64,000 nt of DNA, taken from NCBI GenBank assembly GCA_963833985.1, contig CAWIAD010000002.1, positions 3,936,001 to 4,000,000 on the forward strand. The letters run 5' to 3'. The notes under the pieces are model-generated. The model saw only the letters and a list, made by a program, of their open reading frames with translations, made no database searches and was not told the origin of the DNA. A program made the position numbers and the translations under genes. This DNA comes from an uncultured Planctomycetaceae bacterium. GTDB taxonomy: Bacteria > Planctomycetota > Planctomycetia > Isosphaerales > Isosphaeraceae. How positions within the stretch are numbered: the first letter of the stretch is position 1; each line of letters opens with the position of its first letter. This document shows, one piece after another, positions 1-10,442 of this stretch.

Positions 1-665
1 GCGTTCAGGGCGCACTCTCGCCCCTGGGCGTGGAGGTGGGGGTTGCCGACGTGAACCGTGTCATGGGCATCCCCAAGCCCGAGGCCCTGCGCATCCTGAT
101 CGAGCAGTCGCCGGGGCACGATGCGCTGCTGGACCGGCTCGACGCCATCCATCGTGATTTCGTCGCCCGGTCCATCGCGTTTTACCGGGTCGACCCGTCG
201 GTTCGCGAGGTTCCCGGCGCGGCAGAGACGTTTCGAGCGCTCAAGGCGGCCAACATCAAGGTGGCCCTCAATACCGGCTTCGATCGATCGATCACCCGGA
301 CGATCCTCGACCGCCTGGGCTGGTCGGCAAGCCCGCTGGTGGACGCGACGATCTCCAGCGACGAGGTGGAACGCGGCCGTCCCTACCCTGACATGATCTT
401 GAGCCTGATGCAGCAGCTCGGGATCGGCGATCCGGGCAAGGTCGCCAAGGTGGGGGATACACCCGCCGATCTCATGGAAGGCCAGAACGCCGGCTGCGGC
501 CTGGTGATCGGGGTGACGGCGGGCACTCACACCCGCGAGCAGCTTGAGCCACATCCCCACAGCCACCTGATCGGCTCCGTCCGGGAGCTGCCCGAGCTGC
601 TTGGGCTTCGCGCGCTCGGGGTCGCATCCAGCGACTCCGCACTCCGCACACCCGCTGCGCCATAA
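1..665 (+). CDS. HAD-superfamily phosphonatase-like hydrolase (PhnX-like), 5' end outside the window
   Basis: Frame is open from the window start; HAD motifs LNTGF, GRPYPDMI and KVGDT..D; MGIPK cap motif. Confidence 0.8.
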   Translation, partial: VQGALSPLGVEVGVADVNRVMGIPKPEALRILIEQSPGHDALLDRLDAIHRDFVARSIAFYRVDPSVREVPGAAETFRALKAANIKVALNTGFDRSITRTILDRLGWSASPLVDATISSDEVERGRPYPDMILSLMQQLGIGDPGKVAKVGDTPADLMEGQNAGCGLVIGVTAGTHTREQLEPHPHSHLIGSVRELPELLGLRALGVASSDSALRTPAAP

Positions 666-717
666 CACCTGGCGGGGGCCAGGATGCGGTGGCAAGGCGT
701 ACCGTGCCAGTCACGGG

Positions 718-1802
718 TCATGGCAGTTTATGCGCACGCGTCTCATCGATGAGCTGGCCCAGCCAGCTCATGTAGGGCGTACCTCCGGTGCCACGGGGGT
801 CGCGTTCGTGTGCGGCGATGTAGCGGATGGCGAATTGCAGGTGCGTCTCGCGGAAGGCGGCGAGCGCCTCCAGCGCATCGTTGAACGGATCCTTGCTGAC
901 CATCGCTCGAATATCGGGCATGGCCTCGATCTCCTCGAGCACGGCCCGGTGTTCGGAGGGCATGAACCGTCGCATGTCGGCAAGGTGGTCCAGCAGCATC
1001 GACGGACGGTGCGGAACCTTCAAGAAAGCGACGATGGCCGGGATGACGCTGCTCTGCGCGCCGTCTCGCCCCGGAAGTTGAGCGGCGAGGCGTTCACACC
1101 CTCGTAGACCACTCCCTCGAAGAAGCGGATGTAGGGCCGAAACGTCTTGTAATAGAGCGCGGGGTCCATTTTTTCGGGGATCCGCCGGAGCGTCTCAACC
1201 TGGGCCCAGAGGGTGTGCGCCAGCTTCGCAACGGCGGCGTCGAGCGCTGCGTGGTCCTGGTCGGCCAGTGCATCGTGCGCCTGGCCAATCGCATCGAGGG
1301 TCGCCCCGGCCAGGGCCTCGATCTCGACGTGCACCAGGATGAACCAGTGCTCGTCATAAAGGTGCACGAAGTTCTGGACCGTGTCGATATTCCTCAGGGC
1401 GATCGGCCCCGCTGGATCGAACCGCTTCCAGTTGAAGAGGGCATAGCCATCGTAACTGAGGATGGGCGGCCGCCCCAGTCGATTGCAAACGTCGCAGAGC
1501 GGAATGGCCAGGTTGCGCGGCAGCACGGTGGCGGGATCTTGCCCCACCTGGTTCACATACCCCGAGGCCAGGAAACCAAGACGCACGTAATAGAGTCGCA
1601 GCAGCTCGATGGAGATTCCTGCGGCCGGCAGCGCGGGGATTTCCAGGGCCCGCGCACGCGGCCGGAAACTTTTATCGTGCAGCAGGCTTGGAAGGTCCCG
1701 ACCGATCGCGTCGAGCGGTGCGAAGGGCGAGCCCGCGGGGAACTCGGTCGCAGGGTCGGGCTCGGGAAGCAACCCGCGGCGAGTGAACTGCTTGCTGAGC
1801 AT
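718..1802 (-). CDS. Indoleamine 2,3-dioxygenase-like heme protein (IDO/PrnB family), frameshift near 1061
   Basis: RPPILSYDGYALFNW and DEHWFILVHVEIE; restoring one G joins FRGET-GAQSS and continues to MP.EHR, FR..H...A..YI and GTGGT in ORF 718..1023. Confidence 0.85.
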
Positions 1803-1993
1803 GACGCCGATCCTTGATCTTTCTAAACCTTTCGTCTCTTCACTTCATTTTACGACGAATCCTACAGTTCGGGGTCGATCTGCATCGCCCTGGATCCGCC
1901 GGTCCATGAGGACATGCGGAGCCGCGTCGCTTCGTCATGCATGCGAGATCGCTTGTGAAGCTTGAGCCGGGCTCACCGTGTGAGGGTGGTGAG

Positions 1994-3304
1994 ATGACAA
2001 CTCCAATGCCGGAATCGGTTGCGCGGCATGCCCCCAGCGCGGTCGGCCGACGAGGCCGCCCCCGGCCGCGCTGGCTCTTTCCCACTCTCACCTTACTGCT
2101 CTTCGCTCTCTTCCAGGAGTGTCTCTTCCGGCTGCTGTTTCCCCTGCCAGAAGTCGCGGGCTTCAACCGGATCTCGTACCAGATGAGCGCGCAGGGGCAC
2201 CCGCAACTGAAAAGGATGATGGATCGGGGCCTGGTCTACGATCGCCTGCTCCTGGATAGCTGGCCGGATGGTTTTTCCGAGATCCACAATCTCAACGTTT
2301 ACGGATTTCGGGGGCCCGATTTTGCCATGGCGCCCGCTTCCGGCCGGCGGCGGATCTTGCTCATCGGCGATAGCGTGACCGAGGGCATTGGTGCGGCGGA
2401 CTCGGCCACCATCCCCGCGCAGCTCCAGCGGCTGCTCGATCATGAAGGTGTGCCCGCGGAAGTGATCAATCTCGGGGTGACCGCGGCCACCTTGAACCAT
2501 ATCCTGCTCCTGTCGCGCGATGCGATTCCCCTGCTCAAGCCGCAGGACGTGGTGATCGTGCTCTACGCCAACGATTTGCCCGCTCAGAATTACCTGGACA
2601 TGTACGATCGCCCGGGCGGAGTCTTCACGCCCTCTGCGTTCACCTTCTGGATGCCCAGGGTCGCGGCCCTGATCGTGCGATACATCCATGATCAGCCCAT
2701 CTGCGTCCGCTGGGTGCATCGACCGATTCGCTTCTTCCCCGCCGTTCCCGATAGTGCCAACCCCTGGACACAGGTCCCCGAGAGGCCGGACCGGCTGCTT
2801 CCCGCTCTTTATGATGCGATGCGGGAGGGAACACTCAATCCCTGGGTCCACGCCCAGACTCACGATATTCCCATCCAGCTCGCGCATGACTTTCAGGAGG
2901 GCGGATCACCCGTTCGTTACATCAAGCGAATCCAGGCGATTTGCAATGTGACGGGTGCGCGCTTGACCCTCGCTTACGTCCCCTTCTGCGGTGTGATCAG
3001 CTGTCGCTATACACACCCGTTGATCGAGGAGGGGATGGACCCGGCAACCGCCGAGGCGCTCGCCACCGATGCCATCTACCAGCGGCAAAACCAGCTATTG
3101 AGTGAGCTTTGCCAGAAGCTGGAACTGCCGCTGGCCGACGCGACGGCCGATGTGAAACAGGCAGAGGAGGAGGGAATGCCTCAGTACTGGGAATATGACA
3201 CGCATCCCCGCCCGGCCGGCTACGCCACGATCGCCAGGCGCATCTTCCAGACGCTTCGTGCCGACAGCCGGCTCATGCCGCGCGCATCAGCCACCACACC
3301 ATGA
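1994..3304 (+). CDS. SGNH/GDSL hydrolase-family protein with N-terminal membrane anchor
   Basis: LIGDSVTEG (block I), INLG, YANDL and C-terminal DTHP; start uncertain (1937 or 1994). Confidence 0.8.
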   Translation: MTTPMPESVARHAPSAVGRRGRPRPRWLFPTLTLLLFALFQECLFRLLFPLPEVAGFNRISYQMSAQGHPQLKRMMDRGLVYDRLLLDSWPDGFSEIHNLNVYGFRGPDFAMAPASGRRRILLIGDSVTEGIGAADSATIPAQLQRLLDHEGVPAEVINLGVTAATLNHILLLSRDAIPLLKPQDVVIVLYANDLPAQNYLDMYDRPGGVFTPSAFTFWMPRVAALIVRYIHDQPICVRWVHRPIRFFPAVPDSANPWTQVPERPDRLLPALYDAMREGTLNPWVHAQTHDIPIQLAHDFQEGGSPVRYIKRIQAICNVTGARLTLAYVPFCGVISCRYTHPLIEEGMDPATAEALATDAIYQRQNQLLSELCQKLELPLADATADVKQAEEEGMPQYWEYDTHPRPAGYATIARRIFQTLRADSRLMPRASATTP

Positions 3305-3596
3305 CGCCCACGAGGGCCACCAGCACGCCTGCGAAGTACCAGGCGGCCCACACCAGAACGTACGACTGAGCGATCAGCCGCGCCCGGGTTCGAGCGTCGA
3401 AGCGCTGGTCCCGGCCCAGCGCGAGCGACAGCTTCCACATCTCGCGGCAGGCATACCAGGGCGCCAGTCCGCAGCCGACGACTCCGCCGGCAAGAATGGC
3501 GAAGATGATTCCCCAGCGAACCCGCAGGACACCAAGAATCAGCCCGATCACGAAGATGAGGCTCATCAGCTCACGGATCGTGCAACGCCAGCGCAT
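3273..3596 (-). CDS. Small hypothetical membrane protein
   Basis: Three hydrophobic segments; co-oriented with upstream genes. Confidence 0.6.
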   Translation of the reverse strand: MRWRCTIRELMSLIFVIGLILGVLRVRWGIIFAILAGGVVGCGLAPWYACREMWKLSLALGRDQRFDARTRARLIAQSYVLVWAAWYFAGVLVALVGVMVWWLMRAA

Positions 3597-3611
3597 CTGG
3601 GGAGCGCTCGC

Positions 3612-4250
3612 TCACTTCTTGCCGACCAGTTCCAGAAAAGTGGGCCCCAGAAAGATCCAGTTCGTGGGTGTATCGGAGATGGGGCCGTTGATGCCGAAGA
3701 TGGCGATCTGATAGACCTTCCCAGGCCGAGCGTCATGGAGCTCGACGCGATTGGGGACGTTGAAGCCCGCAACGACCGGTCCGCCGCTGTCGCCCGGCTT
3801 GCGCGGTAGTTTGCCATCGACCCAGACCTCGCCGTAGTCGTCCACCGTCGTCTGGAAGAAGACCGATTTGCCGTTCACCTCGGGTGGCATCGTGAGCTTG
3901 ATGCGGTACCAGCAGAAGCAGATCTGGCCATTGCCGCGGGCGTTCCTGATCGTCTCGGCCTGGATGGTTTCCCACCCGGAATCATCAAATTCCGGTCCCT
4001 TCGCCTTGGGCTCGTAACTGTAAGTCCTGTTGGTCGCGCCATCCTTGCCCTTGCCGTCAACCTCGACAATCTTGACGTCGTGGTAGCGCCATTGCCCCTT
4101 GACCGCGGCCACGCCTGCCGACGTGCGCAGGTCGATCTTCGCGGTCTGCGCACGGCCGGCCGGGGTGCTCGCCTGGAACATGGTCAGACAGATCACCGAC
4201 AAGAATAACGGACGCATCGGAACGCTCCATCGCGAGGAAACAAGTTGCAT
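3612..4250 (-). CDS. Secreted beta-sandwich protein resembling the GH2/beta-galactosidase jelly-roll sugar-binding domain
   Basis: Signal-like N-terminus; FDDSGWE, WYRIK and VDDYGEVWVDG motifs. Confidence 0.65.
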   Translation of the reverse strand: MQLVSSRWSVPMRPLFLSVICLTMFQASTPAGRAQTAKIDLRTSAGVAAVKGQWRYHDVKIVEVDGKGKDGATNRTYSYEPKAKGPEFDDSGWETIQAETIRNARGNGQICFCWYRIKLTMPPEVNGKSVFFQTTVDDYGEVWVDGKLPRKPGDSGGPVVAGFNVPNRVELHDARPGKVYQIAIFGINGPISDTPTNWIFLGPTFLELVGKK

Positions 4251-4279
4251 TCAAGAGGAACCGTGTTCGTCCCGTCCGC

Positions 4280-5506
4280 TCAATGGATGGCAGGTTCCGG
4301 CTGCCGCCGGGCGGTCCGCGGCGGAGCAGGGGGGATGGTCAGTGCAGGGGCTGAAAGGTCGGGCTGATGCCGGAGCAGCGCGGGGAAGTCGAAGGCGTGG
4401 TACGGCTGTTCGGCGGCGGGCTGGCCGTCTTTCGTGGCGTTGGCGACCCAGAGCTTGCCGGTGGTCGTCTCGAAGAGGACCGCGTGCAGGTTTGACTTCA
4501 TGGCCACCGGCCGGTCCATCAGGTGCCGTGCCATCTCGGCGTCAATCGCGCCGTGTTTCTCCTTGATGCGCCGCACCAGCTCGGTATAGCGGTCGCCCGC
4601 GGAGAGCACCACCGCGTCTTTCACGGCTTCCGGCAGCTTGGGGTGGCTCTCGCCCATGGGGACCACACTAAAGACGTTCCACGAGGCTTCCATGCCAACT
4701 CCCTTGCCGGTCTTGCCATCAGCGACCACAAAGTAGTACTCGCAGGTGCGGGGGTGGTCATGGAAGATCGCGATCGCCCTGGTCAGTGAGTCAGCCTCCT
4801 CGAGCACCATGCGCATCAGGAAGGCCATCGGCACGCCGTCCCAGTGACCCAGGCCCTGGCCGCCCATCTCGCCGATCGAGATCTTTTCAAGGTTCATGCC
4901 GGTCACCGAGCCGACAAAGCCGGCGTAGCTGACATTCACGAACGGAATTCTCCCCTCCGGTTCCGCGACGGTGAGCACGGCATGTTCCTGGAGCCGCCAG
5001 TCACAACCGTAGTCGAGAATCCGTCCGTGGTAGAGCTTGCCGTCCTTCGTGGCCGAGCCGGACAGGGCGAAGCCCGAACAATGAAAGAGCTCGGGAATGA
5101 AATTCGCGACGACGACGTCCTGAACTTCCAGGCCCGCGCCGTCGGCAATGCCCTTCATCTCGTCGAAGAATCGTTCGGGGACGTATTTCCGCTGCTGGGC
5201 CACAATTCCAGCGATCACCCGCTTGGGGTCAAGTAGCTTCAGGCCGCCCAGCTCCACCTTCATGTCCTTGCTCTTGACGTCAAAGAGGAAGTGCACGTTC
5301 TCGCGGATGTCGTTGCGCAGCAAGGCCCCCTGCTGGTAGCCCATCTGGTAGGGAGTGCCTTTCAGGTGGAGCACACGATATCCATTGACTTCTTCCAGGA
5401 ACCCCGCGCCGCACCGCGCAACGGTTTTGGACTCTGCACGCAACGTCGTGGCGGCGAGGACCACCGCCAGGGTCAGGACCACGAACCGGAGCAACCTTGG
5501 AGTCAT
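4280..5506 (-). CDS. C45-family peptidase/acyltransferase (Ntn hydrolase), secreted
   Basis: Signal peptide; LKGTPYQMGYQQG; nucleophile region H-CSGF...HGRILDY; VTGMN. Confidence 0.85.
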   Translation of the reverse strand: MTPRLLRFVVLTLAVVLAATTLRAESKTVARCGAGFLEEVNGYRVLHLKGTPYQMGYQQGALLRNDIRENVHFLFDVKSKDMKVELGGLKLLDPKRVIAGIVAQQRKYVPERFFDEMKGIADGAGLEVQDVVVANFIPELFHCSGFALSGSATKDGKLYHGRILDYGCDWRLQEHAVLTVAEPEGRIPFVNVSYAGFVGSVTGMNLEKISIGEMGGQGLGHWDGVPMAFLMRMVLEEADSLTRAIAIFHDHPRTCEYYFVVADGKTGKGVGMEASWNVFSVVPMGESHPKLPEAVKDAVVLSAGDRYTELVRRIKEKHGAIDAEMARHLMDRPVAMKSNLHAVLFETTTGKLWVANATKDGQPAAEQPYHAFDFPALLRHQPDLSAPALTIPPAPPRTARRQPEPAIH

Positions 5507-5635
5507 GCGGGGCCTTCCTTCGCTGGCTGAATCGGCCTGGGACCTGGGATCAGGAGTTGCGAGTCGGACGAACTCGTTGTAATCCAAAACGAGCGCTTTT
5601 CCAACAGGCGACTCCCGCTCGACTTTTCCAGCAGA

Positions 5636-7198
5636 CTACTCCCATTCGATCGTTCCCGGAGGCTTGCTGGTGATGTCGTAGACAACCCGGTTCACCCCCT
5701 TGACCGAGTTGATGATCCGGGTGGAAGTGCGTGCCAGCAGGTCGTGCGGCAGCCGGGACCAGTCGGCCGTCATGAAATCCTCGGTGTCGACGGAGCGGAT
5801 GGCGATGACGTTTTCGTAGGTGCGGGCGTCGCCCATCACGCCGACCGACTGGACGGGCAGGAGCACGACGAACGCCTGGGCCACCTGGCGGTCGAGACGG
5901 GCGTTCTTCAGCTCCTCCAGGAAGATCGCGTCGGCCTGCCGCAGCACCTCCAGCCGCGCCGGGGTGACCTCGCCCAGGCAGCGCACCGCCAGTCCGGGCC
6001 CCGGGAAGGGATGCCGCCAGACCAGGGAATCGGGAAGGCCGAGCTCCAGTCCGAGCCGCCGAACCTCGTCCTTGAACAGGTCGCGCAAGGGCTCGATGAG
6101 CTCGAAGCCCAGTTCCTCGGGCAGGCCGCCGACATTGTGGTGGATCTTGATTGTGGCCGCGGGGCCGTCGGGCTCACCACCGCTCTCAATCACGTCCGGA
6201 TAGAGCGTGCCCTGAGCCAGGAAGTGAGCGCCTGGGATCGAGCGGGCCTCCTGGCGGAAGACCTCGACGAACGCGTGGCCGATCCGCAGCCGCTTCTCCT
6301 GGGGCTCGGTGATGCCCTCGAGCACGGTGAGGAACCGGTCGGCCGCGTCCACAACGCGCAGCTCGGCATTGCTGCGCGAGCCGAACGCCTCGGCCACGGC
6401 GATCCGCTCCCCGGCGCGGAGCAGACCGGTGTCCACGAACACGCAGATCACTCGGGGACCGAGTGCCCGGGCAAGGAGCGCCGCACAGACGGCCGAATCC
6501 ACCCCGCCGGAGAGTCCGCAGACCACGCGGTCCGAGGCGCCGACCCGGTGCGTGATCTGCTCGATCGACCGGTCAATGAACGCCCCCATGGTCCAGTTCT
6601 TGGGGTTCTGGCACACGCGATCCAGGAAATTGCCCAGAATCAGGCTGCCATAGGGCGTGTGTGAGACCTCGGGATGGAACTGGAGTCCATAAAAAGGCAA
6701 CGATCGATGCTTGACCGCGGCAACCCGGCAGGTGGCCGTCACGGCGAGGGGTACGAAATCTGGCCCGGCGTCCTGCACCTGGTCACCATGGCTCATCCAG
6801 ACGGTCGTGTCGTGCGGCACACCCTGAAACAGGGACCCGTCCGGGTCGAGCACCTGGCAGTCGGCGCGGCCGAACTCGCGGGCGGGAGCCGCTCGAACTG
6901 CGCCTCCCAGTGCCTCGGCCCCCAGCTGCATTCCGTAGCAGATGCCCAGCACGGGAATGCCCATGCGAAAGAGCGCGGGATCGCAATGGGGCGCACCCGG
7001 CTCGTACACGCTCTTCGGGCCCCCGGAGAGGATCAACGCCAGCGGATTCAGCTCGCGCACTCGCTCCGGCGTGATGTCGTGCCGCACGATCCGCGCAAAG
7101 GCATGATGCTCGCGGACACGCCGCGCGATGAGCTGGACGTACTGTGCACCGAAATCGAGGACCAGGACGGGCCGCGCCGCGGGGTCGATATGCTCCAT
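5636..7198 (-). CDS. guaA: GMP synthase (glutamine-hydrolysing)
   Basis: [33 protein letters not shown] and C-terminal KPPGTIEWE. Confidence 0.97.
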   Translation of the reverse strand: MEHIDPAARPVLVLDFGAQYVQLIARRVREHHAFARIVRHDITPERVRELNPLALILSGGPKSVYEPGAPHCDPALFRMGIPVLGICYGMQLGAEALGGAVRAAPAREFGRADCQVLDPDGSLFQGVPHDTTVWMSHGDQVQDAGPDFVPLAVTATCRVAAVKHRSLPFYGLQFHPEVSHTPYGSLILGNFLDRVCQNPKNWTMGAFIDRSIEQITHRVGASDRVVCGLSGGVDSAVCAALLARALGPRVICVFVDTGLLRAGERIAVAEAFGSRSNAELRVVDAADRFLTVLEGITEPQEKRLRIGHAFVEVFRQEARSIPGAHFLAQGTLYPDVIESGGEPDGPAATIKIHHNVGGLPEELGFELIEPLRDLFKDEVRRLGLELGLPDSLVWRHPFPGPGLAVRCLGEVTPARLEVLRQADAIFLEELKNARLDRQVAQAFVVLLPVQSVGVMGDARTYENVIAIRSVDTEDFMTADWSRLPHDLLARTSTRIINSVKGVNRVVYDITSKPPGTIEWE

Positions 7199-7295
7199 GA
7201 CTTGTGCATTCTTCAGGAGGCAAGGCCGATCGATGGTGCTGCACAGCCAGCAACCATCAAACCGTTAGTGTAACAGACGAACATGACGACGAGAA

Positions 7296-7341
7296 CCCGA
7301 ACAACCCAGGGAGCCAGGGACAGGGACCAGGGACCAGGGAC
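7296..7341 (+). repeat. Short tandem CCAGGGA/CAGGGAC heptamer-like repeats in the guaA-yfhO intergenic region
   Basis: ccagggagccagggacagggaccagggaccagggac read directly. Confidence 0.55.
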
Positions 7342-7557
7342 TTTCAAGGACTGGTGCAGGAGCCCCAGGTCGTCTCCGCCCGGTATTCGGTGCCCTCCGC
7401 TGTCGCCGCCTTCCCCACTGGACGTATTCGCGGAAAGAAGCTCAAGAACCTTCGGAACTCGCTGCCTTTCGCCCTGTCCATTCTCGACGGCCCCGCCTAT
7501 CCTATCGCGCCGGGCCAGCACCCATTCGAGAGCGCAAGATGGCCGGCAAGGAGGCCA

Positions 7558-10044
7558 GTGACGTTGAGACCGACACGAGAAACACTGGGCTTCGCTCTGG
7601 CCCTCGCTGTCTGCCTCGTTCTCTTCCTGCACGACACACTGGTTGGCGGCAAGATCCTCAGTCCGGCCGACGTGCTGCTCGTCGAGGCGAGCTTCCGACC
7701 CGCGGGAACCACGGACTACGAGCCGCTGAACCGGCTGCTCATGGATCCCGTGCTCCAGTTCCAGCCCTGGCTGGAGTTCAACCGCGCCATGGTGCGCCAG
7801 GGGCGGCTGCCGCTCTGGAACCCGTACGCGGGCTGCGGGACGCCTCACCTGGCCAACGGCCAGAGCGCAGTGTTCGATCCATTCCACCTGATCGCCTACC
7901 TGGGCACGGTACCGCAGGCCCTGGCCTGGATGGCCGCGGGAAGGCTCTGGGCCGCCGGGCTGGGGATGTTCCTCCTGGCACGAGCCTGGGGATGCGGATT
8001 CTGGGGTCGCTGGTTCGCCGGATTGGTTTATCCGTTCTGCGGCTTCCTCATCCTCTGGCTGCTTTACCCGGTGACGCCCGTCGCGATCTGGCTTCCCTGG
8101 ATCTTGCTGGCCAGCGACCGCGTCCTGAAGCGGCCAGGTCCTCGGAATGCCGGGTTGCTCGCTCTCGTCGTGGCTCTGGTGATCGCCGGGGGCCATATCC
8201 AGACGAGCGCCCACGTCCTGCTGGCCGCCGGGTTGCTGGCGATCTGGCGGATGACGCGACGCTTGCCCGGTACGGGACCCGCGCCTGTTCCGCCGGTGCG
8301 GCATTCCGCCCCCGGCGACCCGCTGTCTCCAGGCCTGCACACGGCAGAAGAGACGGTGGTGGTGCCGAATTCCGGGCGATTCGAGAGCCGCAGCGGGTTG
8401 CTCGCGTGGACCGCCGGCATCGCGTTGGGCGTGCTGCTGGCCGCCGTGCAGGTCTTGCCGCTGGCTGGTTACCTGGCCCGAAGCTCGGTCTGGAGCGACC
8501 GCCAGCGTGAGACCGCAGCCTGGTATACGCTGGCGCGACCGCGTCTGGCGGACGCCCTGTGCACGGCGCTGCCTTATCTTTACGGCAGTCAGCGCAGGGG
8601 GCACCCCAACCTCGCCAGGGGGCTGGGGGTGCACAACCTGAATGAGTCCGCCGGCGGTTATGCGGGGCTGGCCACGCTGATCTGGCTGGCCCCGCTGGCG
8701 CTCGGCCGGCGGAGCAGCAGGCCGGAGGTTGGCCTCCTGGCCGCCATGGGAATCATCGGCGCCATGGCTGCATTTCGCGTCTTTCCCGTGGACAACCTGT
8801 TTCGCGCATTGCCGGTACTGAGCGTCACCGATAACCGGCGGTTCACGCTCTGGGTCGCGTTCAGCCTCTGCCTGCTGGGCGGGTTCGGCATGGACGCGCT
8901 GGCGTGCGGCAGCCGGCTGCCTCGGCGCTGGGTGCTCGTGTGGCTCGCCTGCGCAGCGATTCTGGCAGCGGCTGCGGTGGCCGTGCCGCGGCTTGAGCCC
9001 GTGCTCCGCCGCCAGGCCAGACGGCACTACCGCGAGACGGCCAGGCTTGTGCCGCAGGCCGACGCGAGCCTACTGGCAGCGCGGGGCGAGCGTCAGGTCC
9101 GCGCGGCGCTCGACTTTCTGCCGCGATACTACGGAATGGCCGCATTCGAGCTGGTGCTGCTGGTGATCCTGGCTCAGCGCGTTGTCCGCCCGGGCTCTCG
9201 TCGAGCGGGCCTCGTCCCCGCCGTCCTGACCGGCGTCACGCTGCTCGAGCTGGGCGGCTTCGGGATGGGATTGAACCCGGGAGTTCCCCTTTCGGTTCAC
9301 GATATCGAGCCTCCCACGCTGCCTCAGCTGCGCCGCGCGCTGAAGCCCGGAGCCCGGCTGCTGGGCATTGGCGAGGAGCTGCCGCCGAACGTCCTGATGC
9401 GGTTCGGCCTTGCGGATCCTCGCAACTATGATTCGGTGGAGCTGACAGACAGCCTGGGCTTCTTCGCGCCGCTCTATGATCCCGGGACCGGGGCCCTGTC
9501 GAGCCGCGCCCAGATCACCTGGGACGGAGTGTTGCGCGCCCGCGACCGCCTGGAAGCCGCCTGCGTCCAGGCGGTGATCGGTTCCTCGCGGCCCCCCGAT
9601 TCCTTTCCGCGAATGGAGCGCATGGGCAATGTCTGGATCGCCTGGCTTGACCCTCGTCCGCGTGTGAGTTTCTCGGTCCCAGGTTCAGATTTCAGCGCCA
9701 GGCAGCAGCCTGGCGAGATCGTCGTGCGGACGCACGGTCCCACCGCCGGCCCGCTGGTGATCCGAGAAACGTGGGACCCGGGGTGGAACGCACGGATCGA
9801 CGGCGGCACGGTTTTCATCGATAAACATGAAGACTCATTCATGTCTATTTATGTGCCTGCGGGCGATCATCAAGTCGAGCTGCGGTACCGGCCCGCCGCG
9901 GTGGTTCTGGGGCTCTGGGGATCCGCTCTGGGCACGCTGGCGATGATACTCGCCTTGACAGAAAGGCTCTGTTTCAGGATTCCTGGAATAACCAGGACAG
10001 GGCTTGGACGGATCCACGCCTTGACGTTAGAATCGAGCCAGTGA
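7558..10044 (+). CDS. YfhO-family multi-pass membrane protein (putative GT-C glycosyltransferase)
   Basis: PLWNPYAGCGTP..AN.QSAVFDP, many TM helices, C-terminal WDPGW.A.IDG...VPAG.H.V.L.Y; GTG start after AGGAGG at 7549. Confidence 0.85.
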   Translation: MTLRPTRETLGFALALAVCLVLFLHDTLVGGKILSPADVLLVEASFRPAGTTDYEPLNRLLMDPVLQFQPWLEFNRAMVRQGRLPLWNPYAGCGTPHLANGQSAVFDPFHLIAYLGTVPQALAWMAAGRLWAAGLGMFLLARAWGCGFWGRWFAGLVYPFCGFLILWLLYPVTPVAIWLPWILLASDRVLKRPGPRNAGLLALVVALVIAGGHIQTSAHVLLAAGLLAIWRMTRRLPGTGPAPVPPVRHSAPGDPLSPGLHTAEETVVVPNSGRFESRSGLLAWTAGIALGVLLAAVQVLPLAGYLARSSVWSDRQRETAAWYTLARPRLADALCTALPYLYGSQRRGHPNLARGLGVHNLNESAGGYAGLATLIWLAPLALGRRSSRPEVGLLAAMGIIGAMAAFRVFPVDNLFRALPVLSVTDNRRFTLWVAFSLCLLGGFGMDALACGSRLPRRWVLVWLACAAILAAAAVAVPRLEPVLRRQARRHYRETARLVPQADASLLAARGERQVRAALDFLPRYYGMAAFELVLLVILAQRVVRPGSRRAGLVPAVLTGVTLLELGGFGMGLNPGVPLSVHDIEPPTLPQLRRALKPGARLLGIGEELPPNVLMRFGLADPRNYDSVELTDSLGFFAPLYDPGTGALSSRAQITWDGVLRARDRLEAACVQAVIGSSRPPDSFPRMERMGNVWIAWLDPRPRVSFSVPGSDFSARQQPGEIVVRTHGPTAGPLVIRETWDPGWNARIDGGTVFIDKHEDSFMSIYVPAGDHQVELRYRPAAVVLGLWGSALGTLAMILALTERLCFRIPGITRTGLGRIHALTLESSQ

Positions 10045-10095
10045 ACTTGAGCGGACACTTGGGACCGGCTCATCAATCTGAGGGATGAAACGCTG

Positions 10096-10404
10096 ATGGT
10101 CCACTTCACGTGCGATCTCTGCGGCAAGGACTTGACCACGTGCCCCGATGGTCGGTTCGTGGTCAAGATTGAAGCATATCCCGGTTTTGACCCGACCGAG
10201 ATCAAGGAAGACGACCTTGCGGATGACCCGATGGAAGCCGTCTCGCAGATTCTCCAGCGCGATGAGGCGTTGAGCGCCGATGAGCTCGCAACCACGCTGC
10301 ACAAAGGGTTCCGGTTCGACCTCTGCCCGGCATGCCATCGCAAGTTTCTCAGCGATCCGCTGGGCAAGGAAGCCGTCAGGCTCTTCGACTTCAGCAAGAA
10401 CTGA
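10096..10404 (+). CDS. Small hypothetical protein with two CxxC pairs (putative Zn-binding)
   Basis: CDLC near the N-terminus, CPAC near the C-terminus. Confidence 0.7.
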   Translation: MVHFTCDLCGKDLTTCPDGRFVVKIEAYPGFDPTEIKEDDLADDPMEAVSQILQRDEALSADELATTLHKGFRFDLCPACHRKFLSDPLGKEAVRLFDFSKN

Positions 10405-10442
10405 GCCGAGCAGTCCCGAGGCGCCGCTTTTGCCGAGGGTAG

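Noticed and set aside
7213..9027. Long antisense or alternative-frame ORFs (e.g. 7213-9027, 12375-14006, 45002-46741, 61499-62863)
   Set aside because: Shadow ORFs of GC-rich genes; they overlap well-supported CDSs and have no family motifs
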